64,000 nucleotides of DNA from Octopus vulgaris. Lineage: Eukaryota. Below the pieces are notes generated by a model, which was not told the origin of the DNA, did no database searches, and saw only the letters and a list, made by a program, of their open reading frames with translations. The position numbers and the translations under genes were made by a program. This document shows, one piece after another, positions 53,941-64,000 of this stretch (position 1 is its first letter; the number at the start of each line of letters is the position of its first letter). Location: the NCBI GenBank assembly GCA_951406725.2, contig OX597843.1, positions 5,766,001 to 5,830,000 of the forward strand. The letters are read 5' to 3'.

Positions 53941-55225
53941 TCAACCCTTTCAATACCATATTTCTGTTGAGATTCTCTGTGTTTCTTTCAATTAATTTTA
54001 AATATAACAAAGAATTTAGTAAAATAACTTAGTTATCATTCAGCCAGTGTTAGGAACATAAATTGTGACTAAGGTTTGGTGGAAGATTTTAATCCAGAAC
54101 TTATGGAAACAAGACATTTGTACTACAGAGCCAGAGGTGGTTTCAGCCAGGTTGGTATCAAAAGGGTTAAGAATTGTTTCTCTATTATATATCTTAACCC
54201 TTTTGTTACCATATTTCTTCTGCTGAGATGCTCTGTGTTTCTTTCAATTAATTTTAAATATAACAAAGAATTTAGTAAAATAACTTAGTTATCATTCAGC
54301 CAGTGTTAGGAACATAAATTGTGACTAAGGTTTGGTGGAAGATTTTAATTCAGAACTTATGAAAACAAGACATTTGTACTACAGAGCCAGAGCTGGTTTC
54401 AACCAGGTTGGTATCAAAAGGGTTAAGAATTGTTTCTCTATTATATATCTTAACCCTTTTGTTACCATATTTCTTCTGTTGAGATGCTCTGTGTTTCTTT
54501 CAATTGCTTTAAATATAACAAAGAATTTAGTAAAATAACTTAGTTATCATTCAGCTAGTGTTAGGAACATAAATTGTGACTAAGGTTTGGTGGAAGATTT
54601 TAATTCAGAACTTATGAAAACAAGACATTTGTACTACAGAGCCAGAGCTGGTTTCAACCAGGTTGGTATCAAAGGGTTAAGAATTGTTTCTCTATTATAT
54701 ATCTTAACCCTTTTGTTACCATATTTCTTCTGTTGAGATGCTCTGTGTTTCTTTCAATTGCTTTAAATATAACAAAGAATTTAGTAAAATAACTTAGTTA
54801 TCATTCAGCTAGTGTTAGGAACATAAATTGTGACTAAGGTTTGGTGGAAGATTTTAATTCAGAACTTATGAAAACAAGACATTTGTACTACAGAGCCAGA
54901 GCTGGTTTCAACCAGGTTGGTATCAAAAGGGTTAAGAATTGTTTCTCTATTATATATCTTAACCCTTCTGTTACCATATTTCTTCTGTTGAGATGCTCTG
55001 TGTTTCTTTCAATTCATTTTAAATATAACAAAGAATTTAGTAAAATAACTTAGTTATCATTCAGCTAGTGTTAGGAACATAAATTGTGACTAAGGTTTGG
55101 TGGAAGATTTTATTTTAAAACAAGACATTTGTACTAAAGAGCCAGAGCCGGGTTGGTAACGAAAGGGTTAACCCTTTCGTTACTGTATTTATTTTGAGAT
55201 GCTTTGTGTTTCTTTCAATTAATTA
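53941..55225 (+). repeat. Tandem array of 5 piggyBac-like MITEs separated by a constant 23-bp spacer, plus the head of a sixth
   Basis: TTAA-CCCTTT.GTTACC ... GGTA.C.AAAGGG-TTAA units start at 53941, 54194, 54450, 54704 and 54959. The spacer is gaattgtttctctattatatatc. Confidence 0.9.
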
Positions 55226-56044
55226 TATATACATGTGTGTGTTTCAGTTTGTTCCTCTAGCATTGCTTGACAACCGATGCTGGTGTGTTTATGTCCCTGA
55301 AACTTAGTGGTTCAGCAAAAGAGACCAATAGAACAAGTACTAGGTTTACAAAGAATAAGCTCCGGGATCAGTTAGTTCGACTAACGGCAGTGCTCCAGCC
55401 AAACAACCGAAACACGTCGTAGAATAAAAGAACAAAAAAATAAATAAATAAAGAGATAAAATAACTAAACAAACGGTAAAACGAAATGACTCTAGGCTAC
55501 GATACTTACCTCGTCCACCCTCCAACTACAAACTTCATACATTGCACAAAGAAAAGTTTATATGAAAGGCAGAAGAAAAACAAAAAGAAATATTCAAAAA
55601 AACCTAAAAGAAATAAATTTACGCAAGAGGAAACACACAGGATTGAAATAATCTTTTGGAAGTAAATTTGATACATCAAGGATAACAATGGCAGACATTG
55701 ACATCTACACCACCGTCGTTTAACCTTTTGACCCTTGAATAACCCTTAAAATAAATTACATGCATCAAGGAACCCCAGCACAAAAGGAAAATTAGATACG
55801 ATATCTTGCTCTGTTGAGATGTTTTGGAAGAATAACATGTGATAACCCCTAACAATATGTCTTTTTTTTTTTTACTCCTTTGACTAGATTTTACCTGATA
55901 AAATGTTTTAATTACTGGAATTTAATTCTTTTTGGAGCAAAATCGAAACAGCTGTAAGAAAACATGTTTAATTTTTGCATTTAATGAATTATATTAATGC
56001 TTCTTCTCTAATTTCTGGATTTTAATTTGAATATTTATAATTAT

Positions 56045-56530
56045 AGGCGCAGGAGTGGCTGTGTGGTAAGTAGCTTGTTTACCAACCACATGGTTCCAGG
56101 TTCAGTCCCACTGCGTGGCACCTTGGGCAAGTGTCTACTACTAGAGCCTCGGGCCGACCAAAGCCTTGTGAGTGGATTTGGTAGACGGAAACTGAAAGAA
56201 GCCCGTCATATATACATGTATTAGGTGTAGGAGTGGCTGTCTCCCTAAGTAGCTTGTTTACCAACCACATGGTTCCAGGTTCAGCCCACTGCGTGGCACC
56301 TTGGGCAAGTGTCTACTACTAGAGCCTCGGGCCGACCAAAGCCTTGTGAGTGGATTTGGTAGACGGAAACTGAAAGAAGTCTGTCGTGTATATATGTATG
56401 TGTCTGTCCCCCTAGCATTGCTTGACAACCGATGCTGGTGTGTTTATGTCCCCGTCACTAGCGGTTCGGCAAATGAGACCGATAGAATAAGTCCCAGGGT
56501 CGAGTTGCTCGATTGAAGGTGGTGATGGCC
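56045..56530 (+). mobile_element. SINE A with two heads
   Basis: Both heads share the private variant gtgtctactactagagcc. Confidence 0.88.
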
Positions 56531-57334
56531 AAAACAAAACAAAAACTAACAAACAAAGAACAAATATATATATATCATTCGCCATGACAGATTGCTATCC
56601 AATACACATTCTTTATTTTCTCTCCTTGTTTCTTTCTGTGGAAGAGCGTAGGCTCGAAACATTAAAAACGTTTTCTATTCCTGAGTGTTATACTAATACA
56701 TCTGTTTGTTGACTACACCACCTGTCTTTGTCTTTGGTATTTTTTTTGTGAATTCTCCCCCTATATATTTAGGGTGTCCATAGATTACAGACATCACGAA
56801 ATACATTCCCAATGGTTGTTATATTTTTTGATAACATAATAAGTTAGATAGGAAGATTACAATAACCATGGCACGTAAAAAGCACCAACCAATCGTGGCT
56901 GCTGCCAGAAAAGACTAGAGTCTGGTGCAGCCTCCTGGTTTCCTAGACCCCGGTCGAACCGTCCAACCCATGCTAGCATGGAAAACGGGCCTTAAACAAT
57001 GATGATGATTAATATATTGTGCATGCTTAGTAATATTACTATCATGAAATTAGCATTAGCTTATCTCACTCTTTCTTGCGGAACCCCTAGGAACCTTTTG
57101 CAGAACCCTAGGGTTCCTTGGAACCCTGGTTGAGAAACGCTGATCTAATCAGAGGGAATTTATTTTGGCAGATTTTTTCAACAGCTGGATGCACTTCCTG
57201 TCACCAACCTTCAAGCAAGGTAATATTTCCCCATGACCGGATATGTCTTTCAAGGAAGACAGGGCAACAAACAAGACTGCTAGACATGGAGACATACAAA
57301 CACACACACAAGCATATATACATATAGTTTTTTT

Positions 57335-57540
57335 ATTCTTTTACTTGCTTCAGTCAACTGACTGCAGCACTGCATTGAAGGATTTTAGTCGAACAAATAG
57401 TACTTCTTCTATCGGCCTCTTTTACTGAACTGCTAAGTTACAGGGATGTAAACACACCAACACCAGTTGTCAAGCAGTCATTGGGGAACAAACAAAGACA
57501 CACACGATGGGCTTCTTTCAGTTTCCGTCTACCAAATCCA
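57335..57540 (-). mobile_element. SINE A, 5'-truncated
   Basis: Tail and part of the head, in minus orientation. Confidence 0.8.
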
Positions 57541-57804
57541 TGAACATTTTAACAGAGCTTTCTAAGTCGCACCAACACCATCACTGATTCTCTTTACATG
57601 CCATGAAATATGGTAAAGAACTGGAACAAATAGCCCCAGACCTATCTTACCGATGCTCTGGCGATTCTACTAATTGAATCCCCTTACTGCTTTTGCCCCA
57701 AGGATGGGGCAAAACAGTGTATGAAGAAAAGAATAAATTGGAAAGCAAATGCATTTTGAAATTGAAGCAGAGTAAAAAAAAAGACAAAATATGTCGGTAC
57801 CTAC

Positions 57805-57919
57805 CAGTTGATGAAAGAACTTTTTCCAGCTGAATGGTTGCCAATTAAAAGAATGCTGATTTTCTTCCGCGGTGCCAATAATGGCAAGTTGAGCTGCTGC
57901 TCGGCTATCTTCACCAACC
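57805..57919 (-). CDS. Internal exon (phase 1 to phase 2) of a dynamin-superfamily, EHD/sarcalumenin-like P-loop GTPase; encodes G1/Walker A
   Basis: The minus strand reads ttcttctttcAG|GGTTGGTG...ATCAACTG|GTaggt, 115 nt. It translates as (G)LVKIAEQQLNLPLLAPRKKISILLIGNHSAGKSSFIN(W): a hydrophobic beta-strand followed by GxxSxGKSS, typical of Dynamin_N-type GTPases. Confidence 0.92.
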
Positions 57920-57952
57920 CTGAAAGAAGAAACCAAGAGATTCTTTAGAAAC

Positions 57953-58315
57953 AGGTGCAGGAATGGCATGCTTACCAACCACATGGTTCTGGGTTCAGTC
58001 CCACTGCGTGGCACCTTGGGAGTGGATTTGGTAGAGGGAAACTGAAAGAGGCCTGTCGTATATATATGTGTATGTAGAGGTGCAATGGCCCAGTGGTTAG
58101 GGCAGAGGACTCGTTGCCCTAATTAAAAATGAATGTCTGTGTGTCTGCGTTTGTCCCTCCAACATCGCTTGACCACCGATGTTGGTGTGTTTACATCCCA
58201 ATAACTTAGCGGTTTAGCATAAGAGACTGATAGAATAAGTACAAGGCTTACAAAAAAATAAGTTCTGAGGTCGATTAAAAGGCGGTGCTCCAGCATGGCC
58301 ACGGTCAAATGACTC
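57953..58315 (+). mobile_element. SINE A with a family E head fragment in its linker
   Basis: Family A head and tail, with insert gaggtgcaatggcccagtggttagggcag at about 58077. Confidence 0.8.
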
Positions 58316-59607
58316 TCCCTGACCTGCCTCTGACACTTCTTTGCTTTCCAACCCTTCCTGTTTTCTCCCTTTCACCTTCTCTTCTCTCTCTCTGGCTACA
58401 TTTACCCTAGATGAGGGATGGGCTCTGCTAGCCGGTCTTCAAATGCCCAAACCCCCACAATATATATCACAGTGGCGCCAGTTGACTACCTCAGGAATTG
58501 AAGATTCTCCCAACAGGGTAAGGATCATAAATGCATTTTAATGTCTCCTTTTCCATGTACTTACAGGTGGAATTGGTTCACAAACACACAGTGATGCTCC
58601 AGCTACAAGGCTGAAATGAATAAAAATATGTGTTTGTGTGTGGTGTATATATAGTTACTTGTGTGTATGTATATGTAAACGGCCTTAAATTTTGATTATA
58701 TAGTATACAATATTTTTAATTCCTTCTTTCTTCTCTGCTGGCATGGGTGGGTTGCTCTAGTTTACATGACAAAGTAAATAATTATATTTTTACAGCTGGG
58801 TGGCTCTCTTTCCCTGCCACTCACCCCCCTCATCCAACAGCGGAGTAAAACTGTTTTTCACAGAATCTGTCATATGCGCACACATATATATATATAGCGA
58901 CGACGTGTGCACACACACACATGTTCGTGTGTGTGTATATATACTATGTAGTGGATCTTGCATGCATGAAGTGGCCTCATCATCGACATAATCAGTCATT
59001 TTCATCACCGTTGTCATCAGAACAATGGTTTTTCTCTGACAGCAGTTTTACATTTTCCAGATGCCTTTAGCTAAGCCGAAATATTGTCTTCACCACTTGA
59101 CCCTTTCTAACCTCTTCTACTTCACCAAAAGCTAGAATAGAGATAACAAGACCACCGACTAAATCTATTGTTCTCAATGATATATCTATCCTTCTGGATA
59201 GTTATATAAGCAAGCACATCCCAAGCAGCAGTTAGTCACAGTCGTGACGACTCAATGGAGTTAGTCACAGTCAGTGACGAATCAACAAGGTCTGGCTGAC
59301 CAACCTTGGTCAGAGGAGAAATGAAGTTTACTGTCAGACAACACCCGACACTTCTCTCTAGCTCTAATTCTGTCCTCTTACAACATCATTCTATCTCTCT
59401 CTGTATTTACTACTACTAAACAATGAAGAGGTCACAAACACAAACTTTACTTTGAATGTATCAAAACTTGCCTGTCAAGGCTAGGTATTTGTAACGCAAC
59501 GCAACGGTAAATAAATACTTTCCTAAAACTTTATGCCTTATCTATCATTCACATCTTACAACTTGCCATCATAACACCAGCTGACTCTGGACATATCATA
59601 TTAATGT

Positions 59608-59928
59608 TTAGGAGTGGCTGTGTGGTAAGTAGCTTGCTAACCAACCACACGGTTGCGGGTTCAGTCCCACTGCGTGGCATCTTGGGCAAGTGTCTTCTGC
59701 TATAGCCCCGGGCCGACCAATGCCTTGTGAGTGGATTTGGTAGACGGAAACTGAAAGAAGCCTGTCGTATATATGTATGTGTGTGTCTGTCCCCCTAGCA
59801 TTGCTTGACAACCGATGCTGGTGTGTTTACGTCCCCGTCACTTAGCGGTTCGGCAAAAAGAGACCGATAGAATAAGTACTAAAAGGTGGTGCTCCAGCAT
59901 GGCCGAAACAAGTAAAAGAGTAAAGAGA
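59608..59928 (+). mobile_element. SINE A
   Basis: A and B boxes, linker and a deleted tail. Confidence 0.88.
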
Positions 59929-60181
59929 GTAACCAATTTCTGCCGTTACATATACATTGTAAAGATGACCAGTTGAAATCCAGTCTGGGACCACGTATAC
60001 ATCCAAGAATAGGACTTGTAGTGTAGATATATAAATACTGTATATATACAATGTAAAGAAGACTAGTTCTAATCCAGTCTAGGATCATTACAATAATCCC
60101 TTGCCATATCGCAGTTTATTATCTAAGCTTCTGTTGATTCTTCCATGGAGTTGTTTTGCAATTATGACAAAATAAATATAT

Positions 60182-60752
60182 ACTCTTTTACTTGTTTCAG
60201 TCATTCAACTGCGGCCATGCTGGAGCACCGCCTTTAATCGAGCAACTCGACCCCGGGACTTATTCTTTTGTAAGCCCAGTACTTATTCTATCGGTCTCTT
60301 TTGCCGAACCGCTAAGTAACAGGGACGTAAACACACCAGCATCGGTTGTCAAGCAATGCTGGGGGGACAAACACAGACACACACACGCATATATATACAT
60401 ATATACGACGGGCTTCTTTCAATTTCCGTCTACCAAATCCACTCACAAGGCATTGGTCGGCCCGAGGCTATAGTAGAAGACACTTGTCCAAGGTGCCACG
60501 CAGTGGGACTGAACCCGGAACCATGTGGTTGGTTAGCAAGCTACTTACCACACAGCCACTCCTGCGCCTATATATATATATATATATACGACGGGCTTCT
60601 TACAGTTTCCATCTACCAAATCCACTCACAAGGCTCTGGTCGGCCCAAGGCTATAGTAGAAGACACTTGTCCAAGGTGCCACGCAGTGGGACTGAACCCG
60701 GAACCATGTGGTTGGTAGACAGGCTACTTACCACACAGCCACTCCTGCGCCT
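60182..60752 (-). mobile_element. SINE A with two heads
   Basis: Heads at about 60407..60570 and 60588..60752. Confidence 0.9.
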
Positions 60753-60784
60753 ATTTAAAAAAATATACAGAACTGTGCTGTTTC

Positions 60785-60862
60785 TACTTTGCGGATTTTC
60801 ACCTGACGCAGGGGATTTCGGAACGTAACACCCACGATAGTCAACGGATTATTCTATGTACT
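60785..60862. mobile_element. Tigger/pogo-like MITE end
   Basis: ctttgcggattttcac...ggaacgtaacacccacgata resembles TcMar-Tigger non-autonomous termini. Confidence 0.35.
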
Positions 60863-62145
60863 GTAAAGATGACTGATTCTAATCCTGTCTGGGACCATAT
60901 ATATACATCCAGGAATATAGTGTAGATATACAAATATTGTGCGCGTGTATATATATATATAAATTCCTCTATTTACATAATATTGAGGTGTCTTTCCTTT
61001 GTTGTCTTGCCATTTTTATCAATATATATATATTGCAAAGATGATTAATTTTAATCCAGTCTGGGTCTATCCTCTTACAGATAAGAACGTGTGAGGGAGA
61101 GAGAGAGGATGAGTGACTGACAGAGACAGGGGGAGGGAGAAAAAGAGAGATGGGGGAAAGAGAAATGGTTTGTTGTATTCAAAGATCTGTGAATGTAGAA
61201 AGCATCACAGCTTCCGCTACCATTTTATTTCCTGCATCTGCCAGGGAGCAGCAGCAGAAAAAGAAACGAGATCTTCTTTACTCACCACTACCACTGCCAC
61301 CTGTACAACTGTTACTACGACCACCACCACCACAATCACTTGTACAACAACAACTACTACTACTAACACCACAACCACTACTACAACTAACAACAAGAGA
61401 GACAATACATGCTGCCTCTTCAACATGCTAGAAACAGCAGCCATACACCTGCCCTCCAACATAAAGAAGGACAGCCTGGTATTGACATAACTCAGATAAA
61501 CAAAAGGTGGGTGGGAGGATCAGGATTGGAGTGGCTTTGATCATAGGGCTACTGGGTCAAAGCTGACCTAGGGCTAAACAACACAACCACATACATATAT
61601 GCGATGGGCTTCCTTCAGTTTCCGTCTACCAAATCCACTCACAAGGCTTTGGTCAGCCCGAAGCTATAGAAGAAGATACTTGCCCAAGGTGCCATGCAGT
61701 GGGACAGAACCCAGAACCATGAGGTTGGTAAGCAAGCTACTTACCACACAGCCACTCCTATTTATATATACATACACACACACTCATACCTATCTGAATA
61801 GAGGTTTGAATAACTGCATGCCAATGCAGTGGGTGCACCAAGGAAGACAGGAAACGAACAGAGCAGATCGTTAATTAATAACAGTCGCATAATAGCTGTT
61901 GATGATGATAATAGCAATTAATGCAATCATAAGAACCAGTTCTTTTTTCGGCAATCATATTCTTGAGTAAAAGAAAAATGTATTTAGCTGGCTGCCTCTC
62001 ATATTCATGTGTGTATTTGGCTGACCAAACTACTATATATCCTTGGGCCAACCAAAGCTTTGTGAGTAGATGGAAACTGAAAGAAGCCCATCGTAAATAT
62101 ATATAAATAAATGGAGTTTAACGCAGGTGTAATCCAAATACTTTT

Positions 62146-62234
62146 ACTTCCGACACACGTTTCGAAGATATCACTAATATCATTCCAAAGGAATAAAATG
62201 GTGTAAAACAATGTAATCTTCTCTTCAGGGAAGT
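62146..62234 (-). ncRNA. Type I hammerhead ribozyme motif (Penelope/retrozyme-like, minimal stem III)
   Basis: Minus strand: ACUUCC-CUGAAGA-GAAGAU-(46 nt)-AUCUUC-GAAA-C-GUGU-G-UC-GGAAGU. All core nucleotides are present, stem I is 6 bp, stem II is 6 bp plus an extension, and the cleavage triplet is GUC. Confidence 0.8.
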
Positions 62235-62479
62235 GGAGAAATGAAACTCATCAATAAGACATTTTAACAGAAAATGATGGATATGTATAGTGATTAACTG
62301 AGCACAATATTGTTTGAAAAAACATTATTTATTTATTTATATATTATACAAAAAATTTCCACATGAGCCTGAAGTTTCTACCTTTAAAAACAAGGAGTTA
62401 CAACCTCTTTACTTGTGTGAGTTTTTGCAACCCTGGTAACTATTTATCTATTTTTTCCGTGTTAATTGTTAACAAAGGA

Positions 62480-62852
62480 GGCGCAGGAGTGGCTATGCGG
62501 TAAGTAGCTTGCTAACCAACCACATGATTCCGGGTTCAGTCCCACTGCATGGCATCTTGGGCAAGTGTCTTCTGCTATAGCCTCGGGCCGACCAAAGCCT
62601 TGTGAGTGGATTTGGTAGACGGAAACTGAAAGAAGCCTGTCGTATATATGTATGTGTGTGTCTGTCCCCCTAGCATTGCTTGACAACCGATACTGGTGTG
62701 TTTACGTCCCCGTCACTTAGCAGTTCGGCAAAAAGAGACCGATAGAATATGTACTGGGCTTACAAAAGAATAAGTCCCGGGGTCGATTTGCTCAACTAAA
62801 GGCGGTGCTCCAGCATGGCCGCAGTCAAATGACTGAAACAAGTAAAAGAGTA
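62480..62852 (+). mobile_element. Full-length SINE A
   Basis: Complete head, linker and tail. Confidence 0.92.
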
Positions 62853-63064
62853 AGGAGAGAGGAGAGTAACCCTGCATAAGCTTGTTACCAGTTCAAATAA
62901 TGCTTGAGACGTATCTGGAACCAGAATAAAGCCATTCTCTGTATTTTGTCACAGAGAAAATTTCACACCTGAGACAGACAGGTGTCAATGCATCAAGTGA
63001 ACGGACAGTAATCACTGACCAGACAGTTGGATGCTTGCATTTCAGAGTGATTATCACCTACTTG

Positions 63065-64000
63065 TACTAGACCTGGTTGAAATAATAGCCAAATGTCCCT
63101 CATTGGCTCATACATACTTAAGACAGTGGGATGTGATTTGAGGGAGATTTTCTACCAGGTCTAGCTACCATGTAGAGGCCTCATACATATATATAAAAGA
63201 TAGTGTGATTTGAGGGAGATTTGGCTGCTATTTCTACCAGGTCTAGCTACCATGTAGAGGCCTCATACATATATATAAAAGATAGGGAGATTTGGCTGCT
63301 ATTTCTACCAGGTCTAGCTACCATGTAGAGGCCTCATACATATATATAAAAGATAGGGACATTTGGCTATGATGACCTGGTTGAAATAAACCAAATGTCT
63401 TTGCTCATAAACTTAAGACAGTGGGTGTGATTTGAGGGAGATTTGGCTGCTATTTCTACCAGGTCTAGCTACCATGTAGAGGCCTCATACATATATATAA
63501 AAGATAGTGTGATTTGAGGGAGATTTGGCTGCTATTTCTACCAGCTCTAGCTACCATGTAGAGGCCTCATACATATATATAAAAGATAGGGAGATTTGGC
63601 TGCTATTTCTACCAGGTCTAGCTACCATGTAGAGGCCTCATACATATATATAAAAGATAGGGACATTTGGCTGCTATTTCTACAAGCTCTAGCTACCATG
63701 TAGAAGTCTCCCTCTTTGGCTCATACATACATAAGACAGTAGGTCGAGATTTGGCTGCTATTTCAACCAGGTCTAGTTACATATAGATGTCTGCCAGGTT
63801 GGCTCATATATATATATACAAGAGACTAGGGCGTGACCTGGTTGAAATAACAGCCAAATGTCCCTCATTGGCTCATACATAAGACAGTGGGGTGTGATTT
63901 GAGGGAGATTTGGCTGCTATTTCTACCAGGTCTAGCTACCATGTAGAGGCCTCATACATATATATAAAAGATAGTGTGATTTGAGGGACATTTGGCTGCT
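63065..64000 (-). repeat. Tandem array of 70-80-bp units from the family C 5' module, running off the window
   Basis: gatttggctgctatttctaccaggtctagctaccatgtagaggcctcatacatatatataaaagatag occurs about 8 times or more. It is the reverse complement of the motif in 39560..40460. Confidence 0.9.

Larger units (their letters stand above)
5610..57804 (-). other. Inferred 52,195-bp GT-AG intron of the GTPase gene
   Basis: Lies between two phase-compatible exons whose peptides are contiguous in the G-domain. No other convincing coding exon was found inside it. Confidence 0.8.

Noticed and set aside
57670-58014. ORF-track frame VGEDSRAAAQLAIIGTAEENQHSFNWQPFSWKK over the exon
   Set aside because: Wrong frame. 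The alternative frame contains the P-loop and matches the splice phases.
58411-58517. Plus-strand exon candidate (DEGWALLAGLQMPKPPQYISQWRQLTTSGIEDSPNR) with AG/GTAAGG ends
   Set aside because: No recognisable homology and no partner exons. It is antisense to the supported gene, so it is kept only as a weak possibility.
57925-64000. Upstream coding exon of the GTPase (and the downstream exon in 1..5515)
   Set aside because: No phase-compatible exon with plausible sequence was found, so these probably lie outside the window.

Overview
AT-rich eukaryotic DNA, saturated with microsatellites and SINEs, most consistent with an octopus (coleoid cephalopod) genome; this is inferred from the repeat families. 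Nearly all ORFs in the supplied track are artefacts of repeats or low-complexity sequence. The only protein-coding gene I can support lies on the minus strand and is absent from the ORF track. It has two short exons (57919..57805 and 5609..5516) with canonical AG/GT ends that splice in phase (TG|G = Trp) across a 52,195-bp intron. The product is ...LVKIAEQQLNLPLLAPRKKISILLIGNHSAGKSSFINW-YVEEHIQRTGVAIETQGFTFVTSGRKRETLT..., the P-loop/G2 region of an EHD/sarcalumenin-like dynamin-superfamily GTPase. The rest of the window is intronic or flanking. It holds roughly 35 copies or fragments of one tRNA-derived SINE (family A), a Meta-domain SINE, other tRNA-SINEs, RTE and Tx1/L1 LINE 3' ends, piggyBac-, Kolobok- and Helentron-like non-autonomous elements, and many tandem arrays built from pieces of those elements. 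Most notable: an intact type I hammerhead ribozyme fold on the host-gene strand (62146..62234) plus several hammerhead-like remnants; multi-headed SINEs with up to 9 Pol III heads on one tail; a MITE+spacer tandem array; a perfect 71-bp fold-back; and candidate alternative or poison exons around the P-loop exon. Repeat boundaries were read by eye and are approximate (about +/-10-20 bp).
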